This document shows, one piece after another, positions 12,581-26,465 of a DNA stretch of 64,000 nt (the first letter of the stretch is position 1; each line of letters begins with the position of its first letter). The notes beneath the pieces were generated by a model. It searched no databases, was not told where the DNA came from, and saw nothing but the letters and a program-made list of their open reading frames with translations. The DNA comes from Camelus ferus (Eukaryota). The stretch lies in contig NC_045696.1 in NCBI RefSeq assembly GCF_009834535.1, positions 44,270,001 through 44,334,000 of the forward strand, written 5' to 3'. Position numbers and translations under genes: made by a program.

Positions 12581-15500
12581 GGGAGGTAGGATAGGAGAGA
12601 AATAATGATTTTCTTCCCCTCAACAGCCACATTTCTCCCAGTTAGCCATCATGGATAAATGACTAATGATTTTTTCTAAACTTCTTTCAATCCATCTGTA
12701 GTTTTATGTCACCCTACTCTTAGAAAATGTTATCTGTTTTGTGAGGGACAAGTTAACCTCTCACAAGCAACAAAGGGTGTCCACTTGTAAATTATGCTAG
12801 GCTTGGATAAGTGGCCACACTTTTTTGGATAGTAACCGCACACCTTCTCCCAGAGTTTGCCCTGCACGACTGAAAAATCCTCACGCAACATCTCACCCTA
12901 TTCTCTTTTTCTGCATTGTTTTTGCAACCTTTCTTAGACTTTTTCTGTTTCAATTTTAGCTATCTCACACTGTGACAATTAAAGCTGTAAACATTTTTCC
13001 AGATGGCAAAGCATCAAAATAGTTTCAAAGTTTGAGATAATATCTTATATGTTCTTTTTAATATGACATATGCTAATGTTTGATATTTTAGTTGTATTCT
13101 TGATCAAGTCAGATTTTAAGCCTTTATCTTTAAGACTGAGATTTTAAGTGATAGCTTGAGTTGATAATCACAATACAAATTATTTCCTCATTTTCTCTAC
13201 TTCCTCACACAAAAAGAGATCTGCTACTTATATAAACGCTCAAAATTTTGTGAAGACTATTATCTAGCCTACTGCAGTAAATCGACACTAATTTTATTCA
13301 CCCTTATTTTCAGGTCACATTTCCCAATTACTTTAGTTATCTGAAAGAGTTTTGTCTTCTTGAAATTTTAGGATGGTAGAATGAGAAATTGCCTTTGCAC
13401 TTCTCCATTTAACACATTATTTTAATGTAATTTATATTTGATGAATTCAAATACATTCAGAAGCATAGAGACCAACAGTCCATAATATTTATCCAACATT
13501 ACTATCTTTTAAATCTTAAAATTTTCATATTCATTTTTTAAGGAGTAAAACAGTAAAGAGTCAGTTTATATCTCTTTGTATCCCTCCTAAGACCTATTCT
13601 CCTCAACTCTTATTCCAAAAAAAACCACTTTGTTAAAATTGTTTTTATAGAAAGATACTCTTGGGAAGTTAACAGTACACAGTTTCTCTGGGCCAGGTGA
13701 CCTGCCCTGTAGAGCAGACTTCTATGTTCTTGTCTCTCTCAGACGTCCCCATGGCTTTCCAGAATCACAAGTGAGACTCTGAGATTGTGGGCACATAATA
13801 GTGTTTGATTTTCATGTCACATGATCTCACCTCTTGCTTCAGCTTTCACATTATAATTAACCAGCCATCTCCAGGGTGTGCACATCTTAAGAAAACGAAA
13901 TGTCATTCTAGTTCAGCCTATGTGACAGCAAAAACTTACCTCTAAATTATAATCAAGAGCAGGGCACATGCAGAGAGAATGACAGAAGAACAAAAGCTGT
14001 GAGTATATTAGATTGTCACCAGATTTATCCTTTTCAAGCTAAATTAACTTCAACAACAATCATTTAAAATATCAAAAATATCTTTTTTAGAATGTAATTT
14101 CAGCAATCGGTGTGACCCCCAGGAAGAGTTACGAGTATAGTAATAATGATTCATGGTTTTAAAAAAACATATTTGAAGTTAAAAGGAAAGAAAATAATAT
14201 GTTTTAATTTTTATTGATAGAAAAGATGAAACCCTCAAGTAAAAATAATACTTTTGAATCTTTAGAAATATAAGAATTAAGTTACTCAATGTTTATTATC
14301 TTTTATTTCCTCTACATTCCTTCCAACAAGAGTGAGCAGTGGGAATGAGAAATGCCACGGGAAGGCTAGAGCCAGCCATTCCCCCTGTCTAGGCGCAGAT
14401 ACCCACAGCAGGACAGTAATCTCATCAGCCACTGCAGCTACTCAGGGAACTGTTAAAACACGGGAGGTAATGCAACAGAGGCCATCAAAATGTCAGTGCC
14501 ACGTACTTACTCACTACTACTTAACAATGATTGCTAACAAATAATAATATTATTCATACATAAACGCTCAAAAAAGTATTCCCACCAAAGCCTATCAGGA
14601 GTTACTCCACTATCAACATCAACAAAAACAAATGTAACCTGTGAAAGGCGAGATGCACATGTGACACTGAGGAATCCATAACTAATTCTGGTTTTTATAA
14701 GTTATTTCATTTCACAAACAAATTTTTTTTAATGAAACCTTGTTTTTATAAGAATGTACGTACTGCAAAAGGAAAAATACAATTTTTAAATTGTCAGGAT
14801 GACTCCTATACTACATAAATGAATCTACAAAGAAAAAACCTTCCCCACTCTGCCTAACAGCTTGTTTGTCAATGTCTCTATTGGCTTCACCTGGGTGATA
14901 TGTAAAGTGTCTAAATCACTGAGCTGGGGCCAACGGGTGATACCTAGGTGAGCTTTTGGGTGACAAAGCAGTACCTGATCTGGACATTTTTCAATGTACA
15001 AATCATTGAGCTAGCTGCTAGGGACAGAAGAATGAATGAGAGTTACGCTGCTCAAAAGTTAGAAGAGAAGAAAGCTATTTAAAATGATCAATAACATTCC
15101 GGTGTGGCAAAGGGCTTTACCTGAGGAATGTACTAAGTGCAATGGAAACAAAGAACCCTGGTGCTATCAGAGAAGCCTCAGGTCCATTCCAGTTTTAATT
15201 AATAGATGTGTGGACCTGGGAATACAAAAGAAGGCTTTTCCAATAATAGATTAAAGAAGTTTAATGATCTCTGTATCAAACAGTGTTATTCATTTCAAGA
15301 GAACTATGCTTTTGATTACATAATCTTTCTGTAATCTTCTCAACAGCTCTATTAAAGAGTGACATACGTCAGATCATTTTGTGACAACCACCCACCTGAA
15401 CTCTGAAACATGGATTATTTTATATAATCTAGCTGAGATTCCACAAACTTGTACCTCTACTTTCTTTATTCTTAGTAATAACTTTCATTGTATAAACTAT

Positions 15501-16159
15501 CAGCATAAAGTGAACTAATTTCAAATAGGTTGACAAGTTACTTTTGTACAGTTACTTTTCTAAATGGTGAAAAACATTCTTACTCTATTCACTGTTCATA
15601 AAATTTTGAAAGTCTTTCCTATATAAATCCTTAGGCAACAGGAGATATTAATACAGTACACTTCACAGGCAGTCCAATGTGGGACTGAGGCTGAGTGGTT
15701 TTCGTAAGTTGATGTGAGATTAAGAAAGAGGAGTACTAAAAAATAGAAGAATTCTTTATCATCTTAAACATTTGTGTTTCTCCACAGTTTCATAGGCCTA
15801 TATTTTTATTCCCAAGTTACTTTCCATTCATCATTTATGTGAGTTTTATAGTTTTAAATTAAAAGGCATTATTATTCGTTTGCATTTAAGCAACATCACA
15901 CTGTCACTTACATTATTTTTCATCTTTGATCTATTGTTTGCCAATTCAACAGACAGTCAGAAACATAAATTAAAAGCACTAAATAAAGGAAAAAGAAAAA
16001 CACCAAAGAAATTTAAATCAGGGAAGCAGGAACATGGGACTATCATGGGGGCAAAGACAGAGGGCAGAGGGCAGTTATACATTCATTAACAGCAAATAGA
16101 AAAAGCCTCACTTATTAAAAGTAAAGATTATAATTTGCAAAATTGCGGTTACTTAAAAA

Positions 16160-16610
16160 TATTTGTAAACCTTGAAACATATTTCTAAGGATGTATTCTG
16201 AATAGGATATATATCTAACATGATATGTGTATAAATATACATGAAAAGGATGGTCAAAGTAAAATGCTTTTATTACTGAAATAGTGACACAATCTGAATA
16301 TCCGAGGATAGGGTACAGTTTTTTAAAGTATGTTTCAATTTTATAAGGGGACAAAGGCAATATTTGAAAAAGAAGAATATTCAGGACACAATTCTCAGGG
16401 AGAAAAGCAAATTACAAAACAGTATGAAGACTAGTCCCCTCCACGTTTCATAAAATAATTCATATACATTTGTGTTGCATGTCTAGAAGAACATAAAATT
16501 TTTAACAGTGTTATCTCTTGTTCATATATTTATCTAAAGTTTTCCATCTTTCTTTTTGCTTATATGAATTCTCTATTTACTTTTTGCAGTGAACATGGGT
16601 TGATTACATA
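16160..16610 (+). mobile_element. Highly degraded L1ME-like 3' fragment
   Basis: Weak L1 3' motifs (gaaaagcaaattacaaaacagtatg, tttaacagtgttatctct). Confidence 0.4.
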
Positions 16611-17007
16611 AGAGAATTCTTAAATCTCTTCCTGATAGCACAGCTGCTGGGAAGAAAATGCCTCAATGTGGCACTAGGTCATTTAAGATTTAAATTGAGT
16701 TACAGATGTAAAAATGTTGATGCGTCAACCTGAATGCAGATCTATTAGATATGCGCCAAGTTGATCTAAAAGTGTAAATCAAGTGAGGAACAGTGTTAAA
16801 AATCTTAATTTCTTCAAATGTGAAATAGATAAAATTACTGTTTCCATCTGCAAACACCAGGATCACACAACTGTTATCTCTATGAAACATTTGGGGAGTG
16901 ATTCCACTTACACAAGGAGGTTCCAGAGAGGATAAGGACTGAAGATCCACTAATAGGCAGGTTCTCTCTGTCACTCTTTATGAGCCAACAGCAACTTTCC
17001 AGACTCT

Positions 17008-17049
17008 GTACAACCACAATACCCATTGGTACAACCACAATATCCATTG
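17008..17049. repeat. 21-bp tandem duplication
   Basis: gtacaaccacaatacccattg / gtacaaccacaatatccattg (1 mismatch). Confidence 0.9.
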
Positions 17050-17193
17050 GGTATATTTTTAAAGCAATGCCACCTAGTAAAATGAAAAAAAAAAAAATAT
17101 ATATATATATACTGATCTGAGTAAGTTGTTTATTCAGAGGGAGCATCCAATATATTTCAAAACTTTCCTCACACATCATGAAATGAACAGTGC

Positions 17194-17781
17194 TGCAGGG
17201 GTCAGGGATAGTCCACTGTGGTATAAAAATTATTTTGTGCTAAAGGCATTTGAGAATAGATTTTTTTTTTTTTCTGAACTCCCTTATCTTCCTTAAAAGC
17301 AGAGCCTCTATCCCCAAAAAACTCAATTGTCATAAACCCCCTTTCCTGGGGTTTGGCAGCCAGGGGAGATTGATTCTTACCTACTGGCAGGAAGATGTCA
17401 GCCCCACACGTAAACAGACATTGCCCCCAAACTCTCAAGTTCTCTTTCTATTATCTTAAAGGCCCATTTATCTTTCCTGAAAGTTAGTTGCTTTCCCCTA
17501 AGTTTCTCTGCTTCCTCACCTCTTCCCATGTTAAAACATCTTTCACTTTCCCAGAAGTGTCTTTCTCCCCCTTTACTTCCCCTATTAAGAAGGTATATAA
17601 GCCCCAGTGTCTAATCAGTTCCTGGAATCACATTTGTCTGTGACCTTCCCTATGTATGTTAATAAAAGGACTTGATGAAAATTTGGCTCTTCTTTTATTT
17701 ATCTGTCTTTTGTCAGTTTAATTTTCAGGACTCCAAATATTGAACCTAAGAGGGCAGAGGAAAGTGTTTTCCTCCTTGGCA
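17194..17781 (+). mobile_element. Complete ERV1-class solo LTR (MER34/MER39-like)
   Basis: TG...CA termini, 4-bp TSD gtgc (17190-17193, 17782-17785), TATA-like tatataa ~17593, AATAAA at 17661. Confidence 0.9.
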
Positions 17782-18096
17782 GTGCCCTTGCTGACACAGA
17801 CAGAAGTAGCCACGTGGAGAGGTACCAGTAGATTTTGTCAAAATTTGCAGAGAAAAGATAAAAATGCACTATACTTCCTTATCCCTTTTCTAGTGGATAT
17901 ATTTCATAAGTGAGACAAATTGTTGTGCTTGAATTTTAGTGACAACTTGTCTCTACTTACAATCTAATGAGTAACATTTTTAAAGGAAAGAAGTGGAGTA
18001 TAACCTGATCCATTCTAGCGAATTCTGCCAACTTTGTCATGTGTTTCGAATCAGATGACAAAAGTCAATACCTCTTCTATGAACCTATAATAAGTA

Positions 18097-18697
18097 TGTG
18101 ACAAGATGTTGCTGGAGAAGAGGTTCTTGCCTTGCATAGGAAAGAATTCAAGAGGAAGGCATAGCAAAGTGAAAGCAAGTTTATTTAGAGACATCTACAC
18201 ACTTCCTAGACAGAGTGGGGGCCATCTCACTCAGAAGGGAGAGCGGCTTAAGTGATATCTACTCCATGGCAGAATTTGAGCCATCTCAGAATGCAAGAGG
18301 GAGACTGAGAGGTGTGGAGGAGTTTAGTTTAAAGTAAAAATAGATACACATGCCATAGACAGAGTGCATGATGTCTCAGAATGCAAGAGAGAAAGCGATC
18401 ACGAGGTGCTGAGTTATTAGTTTTTATAGGCTCAGTAATTTCATATGCTAATAAGTAGAAGGATTATTCTAGCTACTTTGGGGAAGGGGCAGGGATTTCC
18501 AGGAATTGGCCCTTTGCCCACTTTTGGAACTTTTATGGTCAGCTAGGAACTGTCATGGTGCCTATGGGTGCACCATGAGGCTCAAGGTCTACTGGAAGTC
18601 GAATATTCCGCCAGCTTGGTTGTAACCAGCTTGTCCTGTCCTCGATGGCTGTGTCATTCCTTCAGTGGTTGTGCCCTGCCCCCTTCCCTCAGTCTCA
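18097..18697 (-). mobile_element. ERV1-class solo LTR with internal triplicated motif
   Basis: TG...CA ends, near-TSD agta/atta, ERV1-like ggaaagaattcaag...aaagtgaaagcaagtttatt. Confidence 0.75.
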
Positions 18698-18796
18698 ATT
18701 ATAACATTAATAAAGAATAAGTATACAGAATTCTGAAATATATAGAAAAATATAAAAAAGAAAATACCAATCACCCATAATATTTACACTTGAAGA

Positions 18797-18875
18797 TGAT
18801 GACCATGGTGATGAGGACGATGATGATGATGACTGACAATGACAACCACAATGGTAACTCTGATAATAATGATGG
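18797..18875. repeat. Low-complexity (GAT/GAC)n
   Basis: gatgatgaccatggtgatgaggacgatgatgatgatgactgacaatgac. Confidence 0.7.
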
Positions 18876-20506
18876 CAGCAACTAGCATACACTGTGCACT
18901 GACACTATGTTGGCACTCTGCTTAGGGTTTTATGTACATCACCTTATCAACAATGTACAGCTACTGATTTTGCAAGTGAGAAAACTCAAGTCTAGAGTGC
19001 TGATTTTTGAATCAGAAGAGGGTAGAAGCATTGAAGTAGAGGACTAGAGACCTGGCCCAACTCTTTATTTTAACAGATGTAGGTTCAGAATGCCAGACTT
19101 TGACTAAGTTTGGCCCATTAGTTACCTGCAAAGGTAAGATTATACTCTTGCTTTTTGACTCTTAATTATGAACTATATTGACTGCCAATTTATATTTGTA
19201 TGTACAATATTTTAAAAGAAAGATGTGATCTAAATTCCTATTATAATCTCAAAATTATTTTATTATTGTAATTTTTAAATCCACAGCCGTGATAATAAGA
19301 ATTTGAATGAAACTATCTATATTCTGCGAAGATATCCCACTTCACTATCAAGACTGCTATCATTGTATTTAGAAGCTATTTTCCCACACCTGCCTCTAAC
19401 CTCCCAAAAAGAAAATGATTTTAAATGCTTGAATAATAAAATCTCTAGGCTTTTTTTATATTTAGTATTCCCTTTCCTAAAAGTTTGAAACAATTCGGTT
19501 AAACAATATCACATCATTAGAAATAATATCCAAGAAAATAAAAAGTAATGTGTGTTCCAAAAGTTGTGCTGCTTGTAAAGATCTTGTTCCTGAAGTGCGA
19601 GAGAGGGTGAGGCACAGCGCCAGTCATGGTCAAGGTCAAGTTAATAAATTCTTTTTTATTTTTCAATGGCGTATGCCACGTAGTTAAATTGTTCCGCAGT
19701 GCCCTATTGTCCTAACACCCCCATCTATTCTGAACCCTTTTGTTTAAATGAAAGCCCATGTTTAACTCTGTAATACAAAACACAGCTGAATCATTGACAC
19801 TTCAATCAGACTTTATTATGCTGAAATCACAGTAGGGTATCCCCGTCTCCCCAGAATGTACTGACACTAAAGTAGAATTGACTTCAGTCTAAAAATGAAA
19901 GACAAAACACATCAAGATATGCGTGCATCTGCATAATAATCCAATGTAATTTCATTAAAACTGTGTTCACCCAACAGCAGAACTCACCATGAGACAGACC
20001 TGAATTGGGTTGCACCTATTTATAGTTTGAGAAAGAAAAAAATTAAAACTAGGTGGACAACTTTATTTATAAAGAAGTTTAATAATTCCTATGCTACAAA
20101 AGTATGCAGTGAGAAGAATGTCTTAAATTTGTCAGGCACTTGGTTTTCTCTAACCTTTGTGGTCACAAATATTGGAAAGTTTACTGAAGGCTGCTCTGAC
20201 TTGTCAGACAGGCACAGACTTTAACTGATGGCACAGTGGGACAGTTCATCAGATACAGCTTGATCAGCTTCCCAGAGTTACTTGGGAGTTAAAAAGAGAT
20301 TCCAAACCTAGGGCTCTCCTTTGGCCAGTAAAATAGATGTATGGAAAAATAAATGAGATATATATATATTATATAAAGACCCTGAAGATAGGGTCAAATT
20401 TAGAGTTATGTTTTAGTGTGGTTAAGCAAAGAAAATGTGAAAGAAATAAATTGCCATAATTAATTAATTGCCTGTTATCGGGAATCAACACTCTGCTTTT
20501 CTAAAA

Positions 20507-21041
20507 TATCGAGGATAAAAACTATTTACTCTACTTGGCTGGTCTAGTAATCAAAATAACACAGGAAGAATTAACAGGGGAAAAACTAATTAAATTTTGT
20601 ACATATGGAGGATTCATAAGACTATGAGACCCACACGCAATCGGACAACTGAGGCTTATATGCCATCCTGAGCTAAGGAGAAGTGATAAGGGTCTGAGAC
20701 TTCACCAACAGGGAGACAGACAGTTCACAAGAAGATGGGAAGAACAAACATTTGAGAAATGAATGTTTACCATGCCAGGCAAAGACAATGGGGCACAGAG
20801 AGGAATCTGACCTCTGGGCCCAGCAGAGCTCCCCCCAGTTTACCACACAGCCTGGAGTCTTTGTAGTTATCTCTGATGCTAGTTCTCTTCCTAGACCAAG
20901 CCTTCTGTCTAAATTCTTTTAGGCAGGTTAAGAAGAGGTAAAAGATTTTCATGAGTCTGCTGGGTCTTAATTACTTTCAATTAAAAATCGCCCACATGCC
21001 CAAGTGGCACATTTTCGGGACACTTGTTTTGAAACCCTTCA
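20507..21041 (-). mobile_element. ERV1-class LTR (MER34-like)
   Basis: Minus strand begins tgaagggtttcaaaac...aaaatgtgccacttgggcat; gaggcttatatgccatcctgagctaagg (TATA region). Confidence 0.75.
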
Positions 21042-22869
21042 GAGGGAAAGAGTAGGAAATTGAGCAGCTTCCCAGAGCGTTTAAGTCCTGCACTATGGCT
21101 CTTAAGTGAACCAGATTTGATGTTTTTAAAGTGTACCCAGAGTTCTATTTGCTTAAACTGAATGCTGCGTAAAATGCCAAGCAAGTCTATGAAGTGTGAG
21201 AAATGAGTTGGCTTTTGTCCACTAATAAAGTTGAAACAAATCATGTTGTTGCCTAAACTGTTTCCTGGGCCAGATGAAAACTGGGACTCCTACATAATGC
21301 ATATGTTCAATTAATTACAGGGGAAAAAAAAAACACCTTGTAGTTTAGAGAGAGCACAGTACTCAGAGTATAAAAATGCCAGCATGCGCAAAAAAGTAAA
21401 TAAAAAGAGACTTACAAATGAGTACATTTACATGCAGGAAAAAGAAGAGAATTTAAATAACCAAAGCAGGTGAGCTGTTTTAACAAAGAGATCAGTGTGT
21501 TATTTAACAAAAAGCATTACATCTAATTCCACAGTTAAATCCATCTTGCAAGGTGAAGTGAAATCAGAGAAGCAACCTAAATTGTCTATAACGGAAAGTA
21601 CTTCCTGTGCAGAGACCTCAGATAGTCTAAAACTTGAATCCGTAACTCAGTTAAACACAAGGAGTCTTACTTTGAGGATATGGAGCTTGAAAAGTCAATG
21701 AAAAATCCATCCAGAGTTTATGAAATTAGCTCAGATTTGTTAACTGTATGTGGTGATGAGGGGTAAGAAGGCTGAATTGATTGATAATTCTCGCCGAGGC
21801 TCACTTTCATCTATAAGACAGCAGATGAACTAGCAGTGTGTACATATTTAGCATAATTTAGCACATACAGAGTTTTGGCATTCAGCAATAACTGATCAGA
21901 AAATTATATGAAATACATGTTATGAAACATGATGTAAACTGACTAATGAAGATATAAAACAAAGATCATTTTCATTAGCAATAAATAACTTATTTTTTTG
22001 AAGTAAATATATATTATTCAGAAACTGTAGGCTTCAGTCTGCTAATTAAAAGCCATTGGCTTCCCAGCTATTTACATGGCTCTCAGCTCTCCAAAGCCAG
22101 TGACCTAGTCAAATTAATGTTGGCCTCCACTTAAAAGTCATCTGTATAAATAATTCACAGCCTCTGTATACTAATTGCATTAGAAGTTTCAGTGCAGAAT
22201 TCTGCTGGTATTATGAAAAACTTCAGTAGAGTTAAAACTGAGAATGCAAATAAAATATATTTTAGACAATAGTCTAAATCAGAGCATGAAATTATAAAAT
22301 CAAAGCCATATCATAATAGAGTTACAACTATACACAAAGACTTCTCCTGGTTATATTGTCAGCCTCAGACTAGATGATTAAAATATATGGATATGTAAAT
22401 ATGTATTTTCTAATCCAATAACAGCATCTAAATGGCAAACTGGTTTGGATAGTAGGATATTAAGGAAAAAATTGCAGAATCCTGGTGGAAAATAAAACCA
22501 TAGTTTGAAACAGAAATTAATGCCATATTTTGTTTTCTTTGTTTTGCATCTTCAGGCCTATGTTAGAAAATGTACTAATCATTCTAAAATGGAAAAATTA
22601 AAGTCATATAGATAATTTAAACATTTGCATATGTGTATTTTATATAGTCTAAACATATTAATCATTACAACAAGCTGAGTTTCCTGGAGAAACATTAGCT
22701 GACCATGACGTAGTTTTTTTGTTTTGTTTTGTTTTAACATTTTTTTCTGGCTAATTGTATTTTAATTCTCAGGGGGACAGACTTTTAAAGCTGGTTAAGG
22801 TCAAGCATGTATTTAGCTTGACTCCTATAAAAAAAGAAAACTCCACACCAACTTCACAATGTATACTAT

Positions 22870-23471
22870 TGAAGGAGAATTAATAAAAAGGCTGCATTTA
22901 GCCTAACAGATTGCTTATTCTTATGCTTGCTCTTAAACTGGCCAACTAACCTGACTGACCGGTTGCTGTTCACAGCTCCAGGCCCATTGTTAAAATAAAG
23001 CTATTAATTTTACTGTCTCTGCTTTATTCCAGTAATCGAAAGCAATAATCAGACTTGGTCTCTGAGTCGTTCTCCAGGGAGAAGGTCACGGACTGTAACC
23101 TTACAAAATAGCCTGAATTACGAAGAAGACCACACTTTGGGCGCTTACAAGATAAAGAGATCGAAAGAGTGACAACCATTAGCTTCTATAGAACTGGTAC
23201 CTGGAGATGCCATGACACCTCTCTGAGACTTACGAGAAGAATTATTTTGTAATAATTTTGTTCATTATTATCGATGCTTAATGTTTAAGCTATGGCTATA
23301 TAATTACCCTACCCAATCCCCAAGATGGGTGCAGTTCTGAGGGCACCAGCCTGCTATGAGTCACCTTTGCCCGGCAAAGTAATAAAGATGTCTCTCTTTC
23401 TTCAGTCCTAAGGCCCCATCTATGAGTTTCAATTCGGCTCATCAGGGACAGAGGCCGATCTTTCGGCAGAA
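22870..23471 (+). mobile_element. Relatively young ERV1-class solo LTR
   Basis: Starts tgaagg, ends gccgatctttcggcagaa; TSD ctat (22866-22869, 23472-23475; extendable to actat); tatataa and aataaa signals; CpGs retained. Confidence 0.85.
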
Positions 23472-24591
23472 CTATGTTGTTCGTTATGAAGAGACTATAA
23501 TTCTTAATCTACTAATATGAAGAGATTCTTAATTGATTTATCACTTGTTTATCAAACTCTCTAAGATACATATGTGTGCGTATATACACATATATATGCT
23601 ATAGTATTTACAGATTGATACATAATTTGTCATAGATAGCAACATAATTTCTGAGGAATATTCTGTTTGCTTAATATTAACCATAACTAACAAAATAATA
23701 ATTAAAATACTTACCAAATATTATTTTAAAAATTAAAAATACGAAGAGTTTTTTGTATATGTGTATATAGATGTGTGTGTGTTTAAGGAAGTATCATAAT
23801 TGGAAAAACTTCAGCAATTCCAAGAAGTTAAAATGAATAATTATTTAATCAATAATTAAAGCAAATGTAAATCATCTCTGTAAACATCATAAAATGAGGA
23901 AAAAACCCACACATTTATCAGTTATAAAAGGACATCATTTAAACATTTCTACTGATTTTAATTTGCAAGAAGTAATAGAAGATTAGCAGTATTAACAAAT
24001 TTGTGGCAAGAAAATTAAAATATAAACAAAATTCTACTTTTAAAATATTTCAGAAAGTAGGGAGTAAAATTTTTTTTTTTTTTGATGATCTGCACATGGG
24101 GTAGAATTTGTTGCAGGCTTTCCACAACTCCTAAATTTTATTGAAAATATAGGTTTTATGTAAACATTGGCTATCTATTTGTTTCCTGACATTAAATTTG
24201 CAGCATTTGATTGACTGTATGGAATCTTGGTCTGTGTGCCACAGCAGGATTGGTTAACGTGTGCTGTCTCATTGACTATTTGATTTGGGTCACTGGGTGC
24301 TATTTATGAGATTAAAATTAGCTGCTGCTAGGAAGCTTTGTCACTTGGTAATTGGTGTTAGGTTCTACCTCCCTCTGTGTAGTATGATCAAGTTCAAGGT
24401 CTGTTGGTCAGGTACTTACTGAGAAACTCTAGGCTACACATCATTGTACAAGTTCTTGAAGGGAAGAAAATTAAAATGAGATGTGATCTTTCTCTTCAAC
24501 AATTTGCAGACAGGATGATAATATAGCACTAATATTTAGAGACATAATTATATGACTTTAAAAACTTTGGAAGCAATAATAAGTGGAGAAG

Positions 24592-25109
24592 TATGAGAGC
24601 TTATTTTATGTGTCAATTTGAAAGGACCGTAGGATACCCAGACATCTGGTGAAATATTATTCTGGGTGTGTCATGAGGGCATTTCTGAGTGTGTTGAACT
24701 TTTGAATCAGCAGAACAAGTAGAGTAGCTTGCTCTCCCTATTTGGGGGGGCCTCATCCAGTAAATTGTAAACCTGAATAGAACAAAAAGTCTAAGTAAAA
24801 GAACTCCTCCTGACTGAAAAGTTGATGTGGGATATTGATTTTTTCTGGCCCTTAAGACTTTAGACTAAAACATCAGCTCTTGGGTTTGAGCCTGATGATT
24901 TTGAAACAGGAACTTACACTATCAGTTCTCCCCATGTTTAGGTCTTCAGACTTGGGTTATTATATTATATACATCGGCTCTCCTAGGTCTCCAGCTTGCT
25001 AACAACAGATCTTGTGACTTATCAGCCTCCATATCATGTGAGCCAATTCCTTTAAATCAATCAGTTAATCCTATTGGCTCTGTTTCTCTGGAAAACCCTG
25101 ACTAATGCA
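24592..25109 (+). mobile_element. ERVL LTR (MLT2B/D-like)
   Basis: ttttatgtgtcaatttg, cccagacatctgg, cctattggctctgtttctctggaaaaccctgactaatgca; 5-bp near-TSD agaag/agagg. Confidence 0.88.
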
Positions 25110-25544
25110 AGAGGTTAGCCGCAGGGATTGTGTAGGAAGATGAAACACTTCCCCCTAAAATGACGAAGGTTGTTCATTTATTTTTATGTTCTCTTCTTTT
25201 GCCACCTCTCTACCCCTTTCCTCCTCCCTTTGCAGGATCAGGAAACCCTTCATTGTTAGAGTAGAATAAACAGATGCACTTTTTTGAGAGAAATGCAGGA
25301 GAAACCTGCTCCAAGTAGAAGATCATGATTATAAGAGAAGATATTCAGAAGTAGTGTTTGAAAAATAATGAATGGTTCAGTTTGGATGGAGATACTGGTA
25401 TATCAATCCTTTAACAATGGTTTGTGATATTATTGTGGAAGGCCTCAAATGCCAATCTAAGAGTTTTATAAGATTTATATTATAACACAATGCTGGGTTA
25501 TAATGAAGACTTCAATATAAGAAGCACTGATGGACTAGGAATAA

Positions 25545-25740
25545 TGAGTTAATATTTCAGTATGTAGCATAACATTCTTCTAAGTACTTTATTTAACTCA
25601 TGTAATCCTCCTACTAATTCTATTAAAATATTTCTATAATTTTTGAAGTTTTACATGTAAGAAAACTGCAGCACAAATAAGTTGAGCAACTTGCCCAAGA
25701 TTATATAATTCATCATTGGCAAAGCCAGGATTCAAGTAAA
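25545..25740 (-). mobile_element. MIR SINE
   Basis: aagaaaactgcagcacaaataagttgagcaacttgcccaag...ggcaaagccaggattcaa. Confidence 0.7.
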
Positions 25741-26089
25741 GAATGGGGAGACACTAAATTCAGAAAATATTAGTCAGAGTCTATTGAATGATTCAGATGA
25801 ATTATGAGATTTGAAATAGGATACTAATTGTATGAGTGAAACAAAAAAGAATGTTAGGTGAAAAATTACATTGTCAGATTATGTAGCATGTGGCAATACA
25901 ATGGATATGAAAACCAACAAAATACAAAGAATGAAAAAGGATCAGAGAAAATCGTTATGCCACTAGACAAAATGGACGAGCCGGAAAACAGGAAATAGAA
26001 GGCGGCAAATTTTATTTTGGACACTTTATATTTGAAAGGAGACACAATCTTTTGTTTTTTCAAAAATGAGATAAGTTATCCTGAATCAC

Positions 26090-26465
26090 TGTGTTGGCCA
26101 TTGCTCAATGTGCCTGAGGCTATTATTACAGACCAAATACGCTGTCTTGTTCTAAATTCTCCAGTGGCATGAACCCTGGTTGGACTATGTGACTAACTCT
26201 TAAACCAATGGACGTCAGTAAGAATGAAGCAGTTCAGAGCAGGTGATCCCTGTCCTTGTTCTCTTATTCCCATGGGAAACAAGGATATCTTGATGGCACT
26301 GTTTCAGGATGGAAGAGGTTTGGATCACTAACACAAACTTTGGAGGAGAGCCCTGATGAGAGGTACCCTCCTCACACTAATCTGTGAAATGGATGAAAAA
26401 TAAAAATTGAATGTGATAATTCATTGGGATTTGGGAGTTTGTTTATTACTGAAGCATAGCTTATG
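26090..26465 (+). mobile_element. Old MaLR LTR (MLT1J/K-like)
   Basis: tatgtgactaactcttaaaccaatgg and 3' gatttgggagtttgtttattactgaagcatagc. Confidence 0.55.

Noticed and set aside
1..17781. Similar same-orientation LTRs at 1-196 and 17194-17781 as ends of one provirus
   Set aside because: The second LTR has its own TSD on both sides, the two are clearly diverged, and no gag/pol/env lies between them.
18707..18892. His/Ser-rich ORF on the minus strand
   Set aside because: Produced by the (GAT)n low-complexity repeat.
21495..21701. 68-aa Ser/Thr-rich ORF as a possible exon
   Set aside because: No recognisable homology and no convincing splice sites.
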